DNA of 64,000 bases, taken from assembly GCF_050320075.1 (NCBI RefSeq), contig NZ_CP190018.1. One strand, written 5' to 3'. The stretch comes from Escherichia coli (GTDB lineage: Bacteria; Pseudomonadota; Gammaproteobacteria; Enterobacterales; Enterobacteriaceae). The position numbers and the translations under genes are program-made. Of the stretch, positions 1-14,961 are shown one piece after another; within the stretch, counting starts at the first letter, position 1; each line of letters opens with the position of its first letter. The notes under the pieces are model-generated. The model was not told the origin of the DNA. It did not search any database and worked only from the letters and a program-made list of their open reading frames with translations.

Positions 1-8
1 CTTTTTAA

Positions 9-392
<384 letters not shown>

Positions 393-401
393 GCCAGTTG
401 A

Positions 402-431
402 AAGAGGGAGCTAGTCTCCCTCTTTTCGTTT
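402..431 (+). terminator. rplT intrinsic terminator hairpin (AGAGGGAG-CTAG-CTCCCTCT plus T-rich tail)
   Basis: inverted repeat immediately after rplT stop, followed by TTTTCGTTT. Confidence 0.6.
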
Positions 432-514
432 CAACGCCATCAAAACATTGACTTTTATCGCCGTAGCCTTTTCAATAAAGGTCTTTTGAAAAGTACCAAA
501 AGGTAACGCAAGCA

Positions 515-559
515 ATGAATGCTGCTATTTTCCGCTTCTTTTTTTACTTTAGCACCTGA
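515..559 (+). CDS. pheM: pheST attenuator leader peptide (14 aa, [14 protein letters not shown], Phe-rich)
   Basis: ATG at 515, 5 Phe in 14 codons, stop at 557-559, upstream of pheS. Confidence 0.85.
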
Positions 560-605
560 CTCCAGGAGGCTAGCGCGTGAGAAGAGAAACGGAAAACAGC
601 GCCTG

Positions 606-631
606 AAAGCCTCCCAGTGGAGGCTTTTTTT
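606..631 (+). terminator. pheST attenuator terminator hairpin (AAGCCTCC...GGAGGCTT + T7)
   Basis: GC stem followed by TTTTTTT between pheM and pheS. Confidence 0.7.
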
Positions 632-655
632 GTATGCGCGTTTTGAAAAAATTAA

Positions 656-1681
<1,026 letters not shown>

Positions 1682-1692
1682 GGCAGGAATAG

Positions 1693-4083
<2,391 letters not shown>

Positions 4084-4087
4084 ACCT

Positions 4088-4387
4088 ATGGCGCTTACAA
4101 AAGCTGAAATGTCAGAATATCTGTTTGATAAGCTTGGGCTTAGCAAGCGGGATGCCAAAGAACTGGTTGAACTGTTTTTCGAAGAGATCCGTCGCGCTCT
4201 GGAAAACGGCGAACAGGTGAAACTCTCTGGTTTTGGTAACTTCGATCTGCGTGATAAGAATCAACGCCCGGGACGTAACCCGAAAACGGGCGAGGATATT
4301 CCCATTACAGCACGGCGCGTGGTGACCTTCAGACCCGGGCAGAAGTTAAAAAGCCGGGTCGAAAACGCTTCGCCCAAAGACGAGTAA
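4088..4387 (+). CDS. ihfA: integration host factor alpha subunit
   Basis: 99-aa [55 protein letters not shown]... Confidence 0.95.
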
Positions 4388-4400
4388 TCTGATCTAACTA

Positions 4401-4430
4401 AAAAGGCCGCTTTGCGGCCTTTTTTCTTTT
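4401..4430 (+). terminator. ihfA intrinsic terminator (GGCCGC-TTTG-CGGCC + T-run)
   Basis: hairpin and TTTTTTCTTTT 14 bp after ihfA stop. Confidence 0.7.
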
Positions 4431-4487
4431 CACTGTCGAAGAGTCACCGTAAAATCAACGCCATGACACTTCAGCAGAACGGATACC

Positions 4488-5468
4488 ATGCTGACACTTG
4501 CCCGCCAACAACAGCGACAAAATATTCGCTGGTTATTATGCCTGTCAGTTTTGATGCTGCTGGCGCTTCTCTTAAGCCTTTGCGCCGGTGAACAATGGAT
4601 TTCGCCCGGTGACTGGTCTACTCCTCGTGGCGAACTGTTCGTCTGGCAAATTCGCCTGCCACGTACGCTGGCTGTATTGCTGGTTGGTGCGGCGCTGGCT
4701 ATATCCGGCGCAGTAATGCAGGCGTTGTTTGAAAATCCTCTGGCAGAACCTGGACTACTTGGCGTCTCTAACGGCGCAGGCGTAGGGCTTATCGCCGCGG
4801 TGTTGCTTGGGCAAGGGCAACTCCCAAACTGGGCACTAGGGCTGTGTGCGATTGCTGGCGCGCTTATCATCACTTTAATACTCTTACGTTTCGCCCGTCG
4901 TCATCTTTCGACCAGTCGGTTATTGCTGGCTGGCGTTGCATTAGGGATTATCTGTAGCGCACTAATGACGTGGGCTATCTACTTTTCCACCTCTGTTGAT
5001 TTACGTCAGCTGATGTACTGGATGATGGGCGGTTTTGGCGGCGTAGACTGGCGGCAAAGCTGGCTGATGCTGGCATTGATCCCCGTGTTGTTGTGGATCT
5101 GTTGTCAGTCCAGGCCGATGAATATGTTAGCACTTGGCGAGATCTCGGCGCGGCAACTGGGTTTACCCCTGTGGTTCTGGCGCAATGTGCTGGTGGCAGC
5201 GACCGGCTGGATGGTTGGCGTCAGTGTGGCGCTGGCGGGTGCTATCGGCTTTATTGGTCTGGTTATCCCACATATTCTCCGGCTGTGTGGTTTAACCGAT
5301 CATCGCGTATTACTTCCCGGCTGCGCGCTGGCAGGGGCGAGCGCATTGCTGCTGGCCGATATTGTAGCGCGCCTGGCATTAGCTGCCGCAGAGCTGCCTA
5401 TTGGCGTGGTCACCGCAACGTTGGGTGCGCCGGTGTTTATCTGGTTATTGTTAAAAGCAGGACGTTAG
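4488..5468 (+). CDS. btuC: vitamin B12 ABC transporter permease
   Basis: 326-aa polytopic membrane ORF, FecCD family. Confidence 0.93.
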   Translation: MLTLARQQQRQNIRWLLCLSVLMLLALLLSLCAGEQWISPGDWSTPRGELFVWQIRLPRTLAVLLVGAALAISGAVMQALFENPLAEPGLLGVSNGAGVGLIAAVLLGQGQLPNWALGLCAIAGALIITLILLRFARRHLSTSRLLLAGVALGIICSALMTWAIYFSTSVDLRQLMYWMMGGFGGVDWRQSWLMLALIPVLLWICCQSRPMNMLALGEISARQLGLPLWFWRNVLVAATGWMVGVSVALAGAIGFIGLVIPHILRLCGLTDHRVLLPGCALAGASALLLADIVARLALAAAELPIGVVTATLGAPVFIWLLLKAGR

Positions 5469-5530
5469 CCGCAAAAAGACGGTCTATGATTAAAAGCTAA
5501 GATTTTTACTGACCACACCCAGGAGAAACG

Positions 5531-6082
5531 ATGCAAGATTCCATTCTGACAACCGTAGTGAAAGATATCGACGGTGAAGTGACCACGCTGGAGAAGTACG
5601 CCGGTAATGTGCTGTTGATTGTCAATGTCGCCTCAAAGTGTGGCTTAACGCCGCAATATGAGCAGTTGGAGAATATTCAGAAAGCCTGGGCCGATCGTGG
5701 TTTTGTGGTGCTGGGATTCCCGTGCAACCAGTTTCTGGAGCAAGAACCGGGCAGCGATGAAGAGATTAAAACTTACTGCACCACTACATGGGGGGTGACG
5801 TTCCCGATGTTCAGTAAGATTGAAGTTAATGGCGAAGGACGCCATCCGCTGTATCAAAAATTGATTGCCGCAGCGCCGACCGCAGTCGCGCCGGAAGAGA
5901 GCGGATTCTATGCCCGTATGGTCAGCAAAGGTCGTGCACCGCTGTACCTTGATGATATTTTATGGAATTTTGAGAAATTTTTAGTTGGCAGGGACGGATT
6001 GGTCATCCAGCGTTTTTCCCCGGATATGACGCCGGAAGATCCCATTGTGATGGAAAGCATTAAACTGGCGTTGGCGAAATAA
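5531..6082 (+). CDS. btuE: glutathione peroxidase-like thioredoxin/GSH peroxidase
   Basis: 183-aa ORF with GPx motif [14 protein letters not shown]; stop overlaps btuD start (TAATG). Confidence 0.93.
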
Positions 6083-6831
6083 TGTCTATTGTGATGCAGT
6101 TACAGGATGTTGCGGAATCTACCCGCCTGGGGCCGCTTTCTGGCGAGGTTCGGGCTGGGGAGATCCTGCATCTGGTGGGGCCGAACGGCGCGGGTAAGAG
6201 TACCTTACTGGCGCGAATGGCCGGAATGACCAGCGGTAAGGGAAGCATTCAGTTCGCGGGGCAACCACTGGAAGCATGGTCCGCAACAAAACTCGCGCTG
6301 CATCGCGCCTATCTTTCACAACAACAGACGCCACCGTTTGCAATGCCGGTCTGGCACTACCTGACACTGCATCAGCACGATAAAACGCGTACCGAACTAC
6401 TGAATGATGTCGCAGGGGCGCTGGCTCTTGATGACAAACTCGGACGTAGCACCAATCAACTTTCCGGCGGCGAATGGCAACGCGTACGTCTTGCTGCGGT
6501 GGTGCTGCAAATCACACCACAAGCCAATCCCGCAGGTCAATTGCTGCTTCTTGATGAGCCGATGAACAGTCTTGATGTTGCGCAACAAAGTGCGTTAGAC
6601 AAAATTCTGAGCGCGCTGTGTCAGCAAGGACTGGCGATTGTGATGAGCAGTCACGATCTCAACCATACATTGCGTCATGCGCATCGGGCATGGTTGCTAA
6701 AAGGTGGAAAAATGCTGGCCAGTGGACGCAGGGAAGAGGTGCTCACGCCGCCAAATCTGGCGCAGGCCTATGGGATGAATTTTCGCCGTCTGGATATCGA
6801 AGGTCACAGAATGCTGATTTCGACCATCTGA
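6082..6831 (+). CDS. btuD: vitamin B12 ABC transporter ATPase
   Basis: 249-aa ORF with Walker [10 protein letters not shown] and ABC signature LSGGE. Confidence 0.93.
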
Positions 6832-6908
6832 TTTCATTAGTATCTTGAAAATCGGGTAATTACGACGCTAAATTAATGCAAGAATAAAAAACAGAGGAAC
6901 CGTACGGA

Positions 6909-7373
6909 ATGCGTTTCTGCCTTATTTTGATCACAGCACTGTTTCTGGCCGGGTGTAGCCACCATAAAGCACCGCCGCCAAATGCCAGACTTTCTGATTC
7001 GATTACCGTTATTGCCGGTTTGAACGACCAGCTACAAAGCTGGCATGGCACGCCGTATCGTTATGGTGGCATGACGCGGCGCGGTGTGGACTGTTCGGGA
7101 TTTGTGGTTGTGACGATGCGCGATCGTTTCGATTTGCAGCTGCCCCGAGAAACCAAAGAACAAGCCTCTATCGGCACGCAAATTGATAAAGACGAGTTGC
7201 TGCCTGGTGACCTGGTCTTTTTCAAAACGGGTTCCGGACAAAATGGTTTGCATGTAGGTATTTACGATACCAACAACCAATTTATCCACGCCTCTACCAG
7301 CAAGGGAGTGATGCGTTCCTCACTCGATAATGTCTATTGGCAGAAAAATTTCTGGCAGGCGAGACGAATCTAG
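6909..7373 (+). CDS. nlpC: NlpC/P60 family lipoprotein (peptidoglycan endopeptidase-like)
   Basis: 154-aa ORF with lipobox LAGC and NlpC/P60 Cys-His core. Confidence 0.9.
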   Translation: MRFCLILITALFLAGCSHHKAPPPNARLSDSITVIAGLNDQLQSWHGTPYRYGGMTRRGVDCSGFVVVTMRDRFDLQLPRETKEQASIGTQIDKDELLPGDLVFFKTGSGQNGLHVGIYDTNNQFIHASTSKGVMRSSLDNVYWQKNFWQARRI

Positions 7374-7619
7374 TATGTCGAAAAATGGACGGCGATGATA
7401 CATCTCCGTCCATTTACTCCTGAATACAGTAGTATTTTACAGACAAAAATTCCGTAAATGGATTATTCGTTTATAATCAGGATAATCTAATAAAAGGACC
7501 CCTGAAAAAGTGGTTAACATGGAACAAATGAAAGTTACTCCTTCTGTAATTGTTATGTCTTATGGCCTCATCCCTTTTAGCCGGATACTGAAAAACATCC
7601 TTCGAGAGGGACGGTTACC

Positions 7620-8333
7620 ATGAAGATTTTTTTGGAGAATCTTTATCATTCTGATTGCTATTTCCTGCCGATAAGAGATAACCAGCAAGACCTTGTCGGC
7701 GTTGAGTTAATTACCCATTTCTCCAGTGAAGATGGTACGGTTCGTATCCCGACGAGTCGGGTTATAGCGCAACTTACCGAGGAGCAACATTGGCAATTAT
7801 TTTCAGAGCAGTTGGAATTACTAAAATCATGCCAACACTTTTTTATTCAACATAAACTCTTTGCTTGGCTTAATTTAACGCCACAAGTGGCTACTTTATT
7901 ATTAGACAGGGATAATTACGCAGGCGAACTATTAAAATATCCGTTTATTGAACTGTTGATTAATGAGAATTACCCGCATCTCGATGAAGGAAAAGATAAT
8001 CGCGATCTTTTTTCCTTATCGCAAATGTATCCCCTTGTGTTAGGTAATTTGGGCGCAGGCAATAGCACAATGAAAGCGGTTTTTGATGGTCTTTTCACCC
8101 GCGTCATGCTGGATAAAAGTTTTATTCAGCAACAAATCACGCATCGCTCCTTCGAACCGTTTATTCGTGCGATCCAGGCGCAAATTTCCCCATGTTGCAA
8201 TTGCATCATCGCGGGGGGCATTGATACGCCAGAAATAATGGCACAGATTACCCCCTTTGATTTCCATGCTCTCCAGGGATGCCTGTGGCCTGCCGTTCCC
8301 ATAAATCAGATAACGACGTTGGTTCAGCGATAA
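7620..8333 (+). CDS. ydiV: anti-FlhDC factor, degenerate EAL-domain protein
   Basis: 237-aa ORF, AT-rich gene, matches YdiV. Confidence 0.88.
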   Translation: MKIFLENLYHSDCYFLPIRDNQQDLVGVELITHFSSEDGTVRIPTSRVIAQLTEEQHWQLFSEQLELLKSCQHFFIQHKLFAWLNLTPQVATLLLDRDNYAGELLKYPFIELLINENYPHLDEGKDNRDLFSLSQMYPLVLGNLGAGNSTMKAVFDGLFTRVMLDKSFIQQQITHRSFEPFIRAIQAQISPCCNCIIAGGIDTPEIMAQITPFDFHALQGCLWPAVPINQITTLVQR

Positions 8334-8356
8334 CCCTCCTGTTTGCTGGTGTTTAA

Positions 8357-9832
<1,476 letters not shown>

Positions 9833-9835
9833 AGG

Positions 9836-10027
9836 CTACTTGGTCAACAGCAGCTTGCCAGCCTGAGTTTTACGGAGCAGATATTCTTGCCCGTCATGAT
9901 CGATAATCAGTTTGCCATCCGGACCTAACAGTGTCTGGCTGGTAATTCGCCGGATGGGCTGCGGGGAAGCGGTCTTGTGATTGGCATCCGTTTCAGGCGT
10001 GAGTTTTCTGCTATCCGTATAACGCAT
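9836..10027 (-). CDS. hemP: hemin uptake protein HemP-like small protein (YdiE)
   Basis: 63-aa product from ATG at 10027 ([12 protein letters not shown]...); ORF track extends to a TTG at 10054. Confidence 0.7.
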   Translation of the reverse strand: MRYTDSRKLTPETDANHKTASPQPIRRITSQTLLGPDGKLIIDHDGQEYLLRKTQAGKLLLTK

Positions 10028-10049
10028 AAAAATTAATAATAATTGATAT

Positions 10050-10068
10050 AACAATGATTCTTATTATC
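10050..10068. promoter_or_regulatory. candidate Fur box upstream of hemP
   Basis: AACAATGATTCTTATTATC matches 14/19 of the Fur consensus GATAATGATAATCATTATC, 23-41 bp upstream of hemP ATG. Confidence 0.45.
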
Positions 10069-10157
10069 AATATTATGGCGGCCAGAGCAAGCAGTAATTT
10101 GTTGAGAAGACAACAAGTTGCGCAGAAATGCCCATTCCGTCAGGAATGGGCACGCAT

Positions 10158-11204
10158 TCAGAAGCGGCTATCTACCGCAGAGGCGAGTTTTTCGACCAGG
10201 CGTTCGGTATCTTCCCAGCCCAGACACGGGTCGGTAATCGATTGACCGTAAGTGAGCGGCTGACCGCCGACGATTTTTTGCGTTCCTTCGCGCAGGAAAC
10301 TTTCCGCCATAATTCCAGCAATCGCCGTAGAGCCATTGCGGATTTGCTGACAAATATCCTCACAAACTTCTAACTGGCGACGGTGCTGCTTCTGGCAGTT
10401 ACCGTGGCTGAAATCCACCACCAGATGTTCAGGTAAATCAAACTCGTGCAGCGTATCGCAGGCTGCGGCGATATCATCGGCATGATAATTCGGTTTTTTG
10501 CCGCCACGCATAATAATGTGGCCATACGGGTTGCCGCTGGTCTGATAGATGGTCATCTGACCGTTTTTGTCTGGCGAGAGGAACATATGGCTGGCGCGGG
10601 CTGCGCGGATAGCATCTACGGCAATCCGCGTGTTGCCATCGGTACCATTTTTAAAACCTACCGGACAGGAGAGTGCCGAAGCCATTTCACGGTGGATCTG
10701 ACTTTCGGTAGTACGTGCGCCAATCGCGCCCCAACTGATTAAATCAGCAATAAACTGACCGGTCACCATATCGAGGAACTCAGTCGCGGTAGGGACGCCC
10801 AGCTCATTTACCTGTAAAAGTAATTTGCGCGCCAGCTCCAGACCGTGATTTACCCGATAGCTGCCGTTTAAATCTGGATCGGAGATTAGCCCTTTCCAGC
10901 CGACAACAGTTCGTGGTTTTTCAAAATAGGTGCGCATTACGATTTCCAGCCGTGACTGGTACTGGTTGCGCAGCGACTGCAGACGGGTGGCGTACTCCAT
11001 TGCAGCGGTGAGATCGTGGATCGAGCAGGGGCCAATAATGACCAACAGTCGCTTATCTTCACCATTCAGTATTTTTTCAATTCTGCGGCGGGAGTCGGTG
11101 ACATGGGTGGCGACGCTAGGCGTTACGGGATACCGTAGCGCGAGTTCGGCGGGCGTTACCAGGCTCTCAATACGCGCAGTACGGAGTTCGTCAGTTCTGT
11201 TCAT
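10158..11204 (-). CDS. aroH: DAHP synthase, Trp-sensitive
   Basis: 348-aa ORF, class I DAHP synthase. Confidence 0.95.
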   Translation of the reverse strand: MNRTDELRTARIESLVTPAELALRYPVTPSVATHVTDSRRRIEKILNGEDKRLLVIIGPCSIHDLTAAMEYATRLQSLRNQYQSRLEIVMRTYFEKPRTVVGWKGLISDPDLNGSYRVNHGLELARKLLLQVNELGVPTATEFLDMVTGQFIADLISWGAIGARTTESQIHREMASALSCPVGFKNGTDGNTRIAVDAIRAARASHMFLSPDKNGQMTIYQTSGNPYGHIIMRGGKKPNYHADDIAAACDTLHEFDLPEHLVVDFSHGNCQKQHRRQLEVCEDICQQIRNGSTAIAGIMAESFLREGTQKIVGGQPLTYGQSITDPCLGWEDTERLVEKLASAVDSRF

Positions 11205-11349
11205 TACAAGTCTCAGAAATTTGTTGCTTCTACGGCAGGACTACCGGGAAGTGATGCGCATCACGATAAACCAATCGCAGCTGATTTCAAGTGCGAGGTG
11301 TGTCACACCTCGCCGGGTGGTTAGCATGATAACAAAAAAATAAGCTAAT

Positions 11350-11368
11350 GCACTAGTTCTCTAGTACA
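11350..11368 (-). promoter_or_regulatory. TrpR operator of the aroH promoter
   Basis: minus-strand GTACTAGAGAACTAGTGC palindrome (the aroH trp-operator sequence as I recall it), about 145 bp upstream of aroH ATG, overlapping the ppsR stop. Confidence 0.55.
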
Positions 11369-12194
11369 TTCGGCGGCTAAGGCCCATGATATCGAGGATC
11401 TTGGTGGCAATCTCTTCTACCGAATAATTGGTACTGTTAATCCACGGGATCTGATTTTTACGGTACAAGGCTTCTACTTCCGCGACTTCCATCCTGCACT
11501 GACGAAGCGAGGCATAGCGACTGTTCTCCCGACGTTCTTCGCGAATCGCCGCCAGACGTTCCGGGTCGATAGTCAGGCCGAACAATTTATGCTGAAGCGG
11601 TTTGAGCGACGCGGGTAGCACCAGATTATCCATGTCGTCGGCAATAAAGGGGTAGTTTGCCGCGCGGATACCAAATTGCATTGCCAGATACAGACTGGTG
11701 GGGGTTTTACCACAGCGAGAAACACCGAGCAGGATCACCTGAGCCTGATCCAGATTGCGCAACGAAATGCCGTCATCGTGGGCGAGGGTGTAATCAATCG
11801 CCGCAATGCGCGCATCATATTTATTGAGATTATTAGGGTTAAGGCCATGGGTACGATGAGCAATCGGCGTTGGATCCAGTTTCATCTCTTGTTGTAGCGG
11901 GGCAACCAGCGCCTGAACGATATCCTGGCAAAAGCCTTCACTTTGCAAGATGATGGCGCGAATCTCCGGCAACACGATGGAGTAGAAGACCAGCGGGCGC
12001 ACGCCTGTCTGGTGATAAATTGCGTCAATCTGATCCTTCACTGCCCGTGCACGGCTCTCATTTTCGACAAACGGCAGCGTAATGCTGCTGATAGTGACGG
12101 GAAATTGTGACATTACTGCGTGTCCTAATACCTCCGCAGTTATTGCCGTACCATCAGAAATATAAAAAACGTGGCGATCAACAGCATTATCCAT
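11361..12194 (-). CDS. ppsR: PEP synthase regulatory protein (bifunctional kinase/pyrophosphorylase)
   Basis: 277-aa ORF, divergent from ppsA. Confidence 0.9.
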
Positions 12195-12424
12195 TTTGTT
12201 CTTCCCGTGATGCAGACATAATTCTATGAAAGCATAAATTAAAAACGCACAGAAGCGTAGAACGTTATGTCTGGTTTATAAAATGAACCTTCAATTTTAT
12301 TTTTTATGAAAACAGCATTTCATTTTTACGGTTTCGTTTATACCGATGGTTTATGTGGAAATTGTCGAAGAGAGCAGATTTGCGCAACGCTGGGATCAGT
12401 CTTAAAAAGTAAAAAAATATATTT

Positions 12425-12440
12425 GCTTGAACGATTCACC
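12425..12440. promoter_or_regulatory. candidate Cra (FruR) site in ppsA promoter region
   Basis: GCTTGAACGATTCACC, imperfect TGAA...TTCA palindrome about 90 bp upstream of ppsA ATG; half-site spacing is off consensus. Confidence 0.3.
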
Positions 12441-12526
12441 GTTTTTTTCATCCGGTTAAATATGCAAAGATAAATGCGCAGAAATGTGTTTCTCAAACCG
12501 TTCATTTATCACAAAAGGATTGTTCG

Positions 12527-14905
12527 ATGTCCAACAATGGCTCGTCACCGCTGGTGCTTTGGTATAACCAACTCGGCATGAATGATGTAGACAGGGTTGG
12601 GGGCAAAAATGCCTCCCTGGGTGAAATGATTACTAACCTTTCCGGAATGGGTGTTTCCGTTCCGAATGGTTTCGCCACAACCGCCGACGCGTTTAACCAG
12701 TTTCTGGACCAAAGCGGCGTAAACCAGCGCATTTATGAACTGCTGGATAAAACGGATATTGACGATGTTACCCAGCTTGCGAAAGCGGGCGCGCAAATCC
12801 GCCAGTGGATTATCGACACTCCCTTCCAGCCTGAGCTGGAAAACGCCATCCGCGAAGCCTATGCACAGCTTTCCGCCGATGACGAAAACGCCTCGTTTGC
12901 GGTGCGTTCCTCCGCTACTGCAGAAGATATGCCGGACGCTTCTTTTGCCGGTCAGCAGGAAACTTTCCTCAACGTTCAGGGTTTTGACGCCGTTCTCGTG
13001 GCAGTGAAACATGTATTTGCTTCTCTGTTTAACGATCGCGCCATCTCTTATCGTGTGCACCAGGGTTACGATCACCGTGGCGTGGCGCTCTCCGCCGGTG
13101 TTCAGCGGATGGTGCGCTCCGACCTCGCATCTTCTGGCGTGATGTTCTCCATTGATACCGAATCCGGCTTTGACCAGGTGGTGTTTATCACTTCCGCATG
13201 GGGCCTTGGTGAAATGGTCGTGCAGGGTGCGGTTAACCCGGATGAGTTTTACGTGCACAAACCGACACTGGCGGCGAATCGCCCGGCTATCGTGCGCCGC
13301 ACCATGGGGTCGAAAAAAATCCGCATGGTCTACGCGCCGACCCAGGAGCACGGCAAGCAGGTTAAAATCGAAGACGTACCGCAGGAACAGCGTGACATCT
13401 TCTCGCTGACCAACGAAGAAGTGCAGGAACTGGCAAAACAGGCCGTACAAATTGAGAAACACTACGGTCGCCCAATGGATATTGAGTGGGCGAAAGATGG
13501 CCACACCGGCAAACTGTTCATTGTGCAGGCGCGCCCGGAAACCGTGCGCTCACGCGGTCAGGTCATGGAGCGTTATACGCTGCATTCACAGGGTAAGATT
13601 ATCGCCGAAGGCCGTGCTATCGGTCATCGCATCGGCGCGGGTCCGGTGAAAGTCATCCATGACATCAGCGAAATGAACCGCATCGAACCTGGCGACGTGC
13701 TGGTTACTGACATGACTGACCCGGACTGGGAACCGATCATGAAGAAGGCATCTGCCATCGTCACCAATCGTGGCGGTCGTACCTGTCACGCGGCGATCAT
13801 CGCTCGTGAACTCGGCATTCCGGCGGTAGTGGGCTGTGGTGATGCAACAGAACGGATGAAAGACGGTGAGAACGTCACTGTTTCTTGTGCCGAAGGTGAT
13901 ACCGGTTATGTCTATGCGGAGTTGCTGGAATTTAGCGTGAAAAGCTCCAGCGTAGAAACGATGCCTGATCTGCCGTTGAAGGTGATGATGAACGTCGGTA
14001 ACCCGGACCGTGCTTTCGACTTCGCCTGCCTGCCGAACGAAGGCGTGGGCCTTGCGCGTCTGGAATTTATCATCAACCGTATGATTGGCGTCCACCCACG
14101 CGCACTGCTTGAGTTTGACGATCAGGAACCGCAGTTGCAAAACGAAATCCGCGAGATGATGAAAGGTTTTGATTCTCCGCGTGAATTTTACGTTGGGCGT
14201 CTGACTGAAGGGATCGCGACGCTGGGTGCCGCGTTTTATCCGAAGCGCGTCATTGTCCGTCTCTCTGATTTTAAATCGAACGAATATGCCAACCTGGTCG
14301 GTGGTGAGCGTTACGAGCCAGATGAAGAGAACCCGATGCTCGGCTTCCGTGGCGCGGGCCGCTATGTTTCCGACAGCTTCCGCGACTGCTTTGCGCTGGA
14401 GTGTGAAGCAGTGAAACGTGTGCGCAGCGACATGGGACTGACCAACGTTGAGATCATGATCCCGTTCGTGCGTACCGTAGATCAGGCGAAAGCGGTGGTT
14501 GACGAATTGGCGCGTCAGGGGCTGAAACGTGGTGAGAACGGGCTGAAAATCATCATGATGTGTGAAATTCCGTCCAACGCCTTGCTGGCAGAGCAGTTCC
14601 TCGAATATTTCGACGGCTTCTCAATTGGCTCAAACGACATGACACAGCTGGCGCTCGGTCTGGACCGTGACTCCGGAGTGGTGTCTGAACTGTTCGATGA
14701 GCGCAACGATGCGGTGAAAGCACTGCTGTCGATGGCGATTCGTGCCGCGAAGAAACAGGGCAAATATGTCGGGATTTGCGGTCAGGGCCCGTCCGACCAC
14801 GAAGACTTTGCCGCATGGTTGATGGAAGAAGGGATCGATAGCCTGTCTCTGAACCCGGATACCGTGGTGCAAACCTGGTTAAGCCTGGCTGAACTGAAGA
14901 AATAA
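12527..14905 (+). CDS. ppsA: phosphoenolpyruvate synthase
   Basis: 792-aa ORF with PEP-utilising enzyme domains. Confidence 0.95.
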   Translation: MSNNGSSPLVLWYNQLGMNDVDRVGGKNASLGEMITNLSGMGVSVPNGFATTADAFNQFLDQSGVNQRIYELLDKTDIDDVTQLAKAGAQIRQWIIDTPFQPELENAIREAYAQLSADDENASFAVRSSATAEDMPDASFAGQQETFLNVQGFDAVLVAVKHVFASLFNDRAISYRVHQGYDHRGVALSAGVQRMVRSDLASSGVMFSIDTESGFDQVVFITSAWGLGEMVVQGAVNPDEFYVHKPTLAANRPAIVRRTMGSKKIRMVYAPTQEHGKQVKIEDVPQEQRDIFSLTNEEVQELAKQAVQIEKHYGRPMDIEWAKDGHTGKLFIVQARPETVRSRGQVMERYTLHSQGKIIAEGRAIGHRIGAGPVKVIHDISEMNRIEPGDVLVTDMTDPDWEPIMKKASAIVTNRGGRTCHAAIIARELGIPAVVGCGDATERMKDGENVTVSCAEGDTGYVYAELLEFSVKSSSVETMPDLPLKVMMNVGNPDRAFDFACLPNEGVGLARLEFIINRMIGVHPRALLEFDDQEPQLQNEIREMMKGFDSPREFYVGRLTEGIATLGAAFYPKRVIVRLSDFKSNEYANLVGGERYEPDEENPMLGFRGAGRYVSDSFRDCFALECEAVKRVRSDMGLTNVEIMIPFVRTVDQAKAVVDELARQGLKRGENGLKIIMMCEIPSNALLAEQFLEYFDGFSIGSNDMTQLALGLDRDSGVVSELFDERNDAVKALLSMAIRAAKKQGKYVGICGQGPSDHEDFAAWLMEEGIDSLSLNPDTVVQTWLSLAELKK

Positions 14906-14912
14906 AATAAAT

Positions 14913-14941
14913 CCCCGGCGGCGTTCAGTCGCCGGGTTTAT
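14913..14941. terminator. bidirectional terminator between convergent ppsA and fadK
   Basis: CCCGGCG-9nt-CGCCGGG hairpin flanked by an A-rich run upstream and TTT downstream. Confidence 0.55.
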
Positions 14942-14961
14942 GTGATCCCCGAAGATGAAAC

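Noticed and set aside
12545-13504. 319-aa minus-strand ORF antisense to ppsA (and a 184-aa one at 13586-14140)
   Set aside because: Fully embedded in ppsA on the opposite strand; no recognisable domains or independent translation signals.
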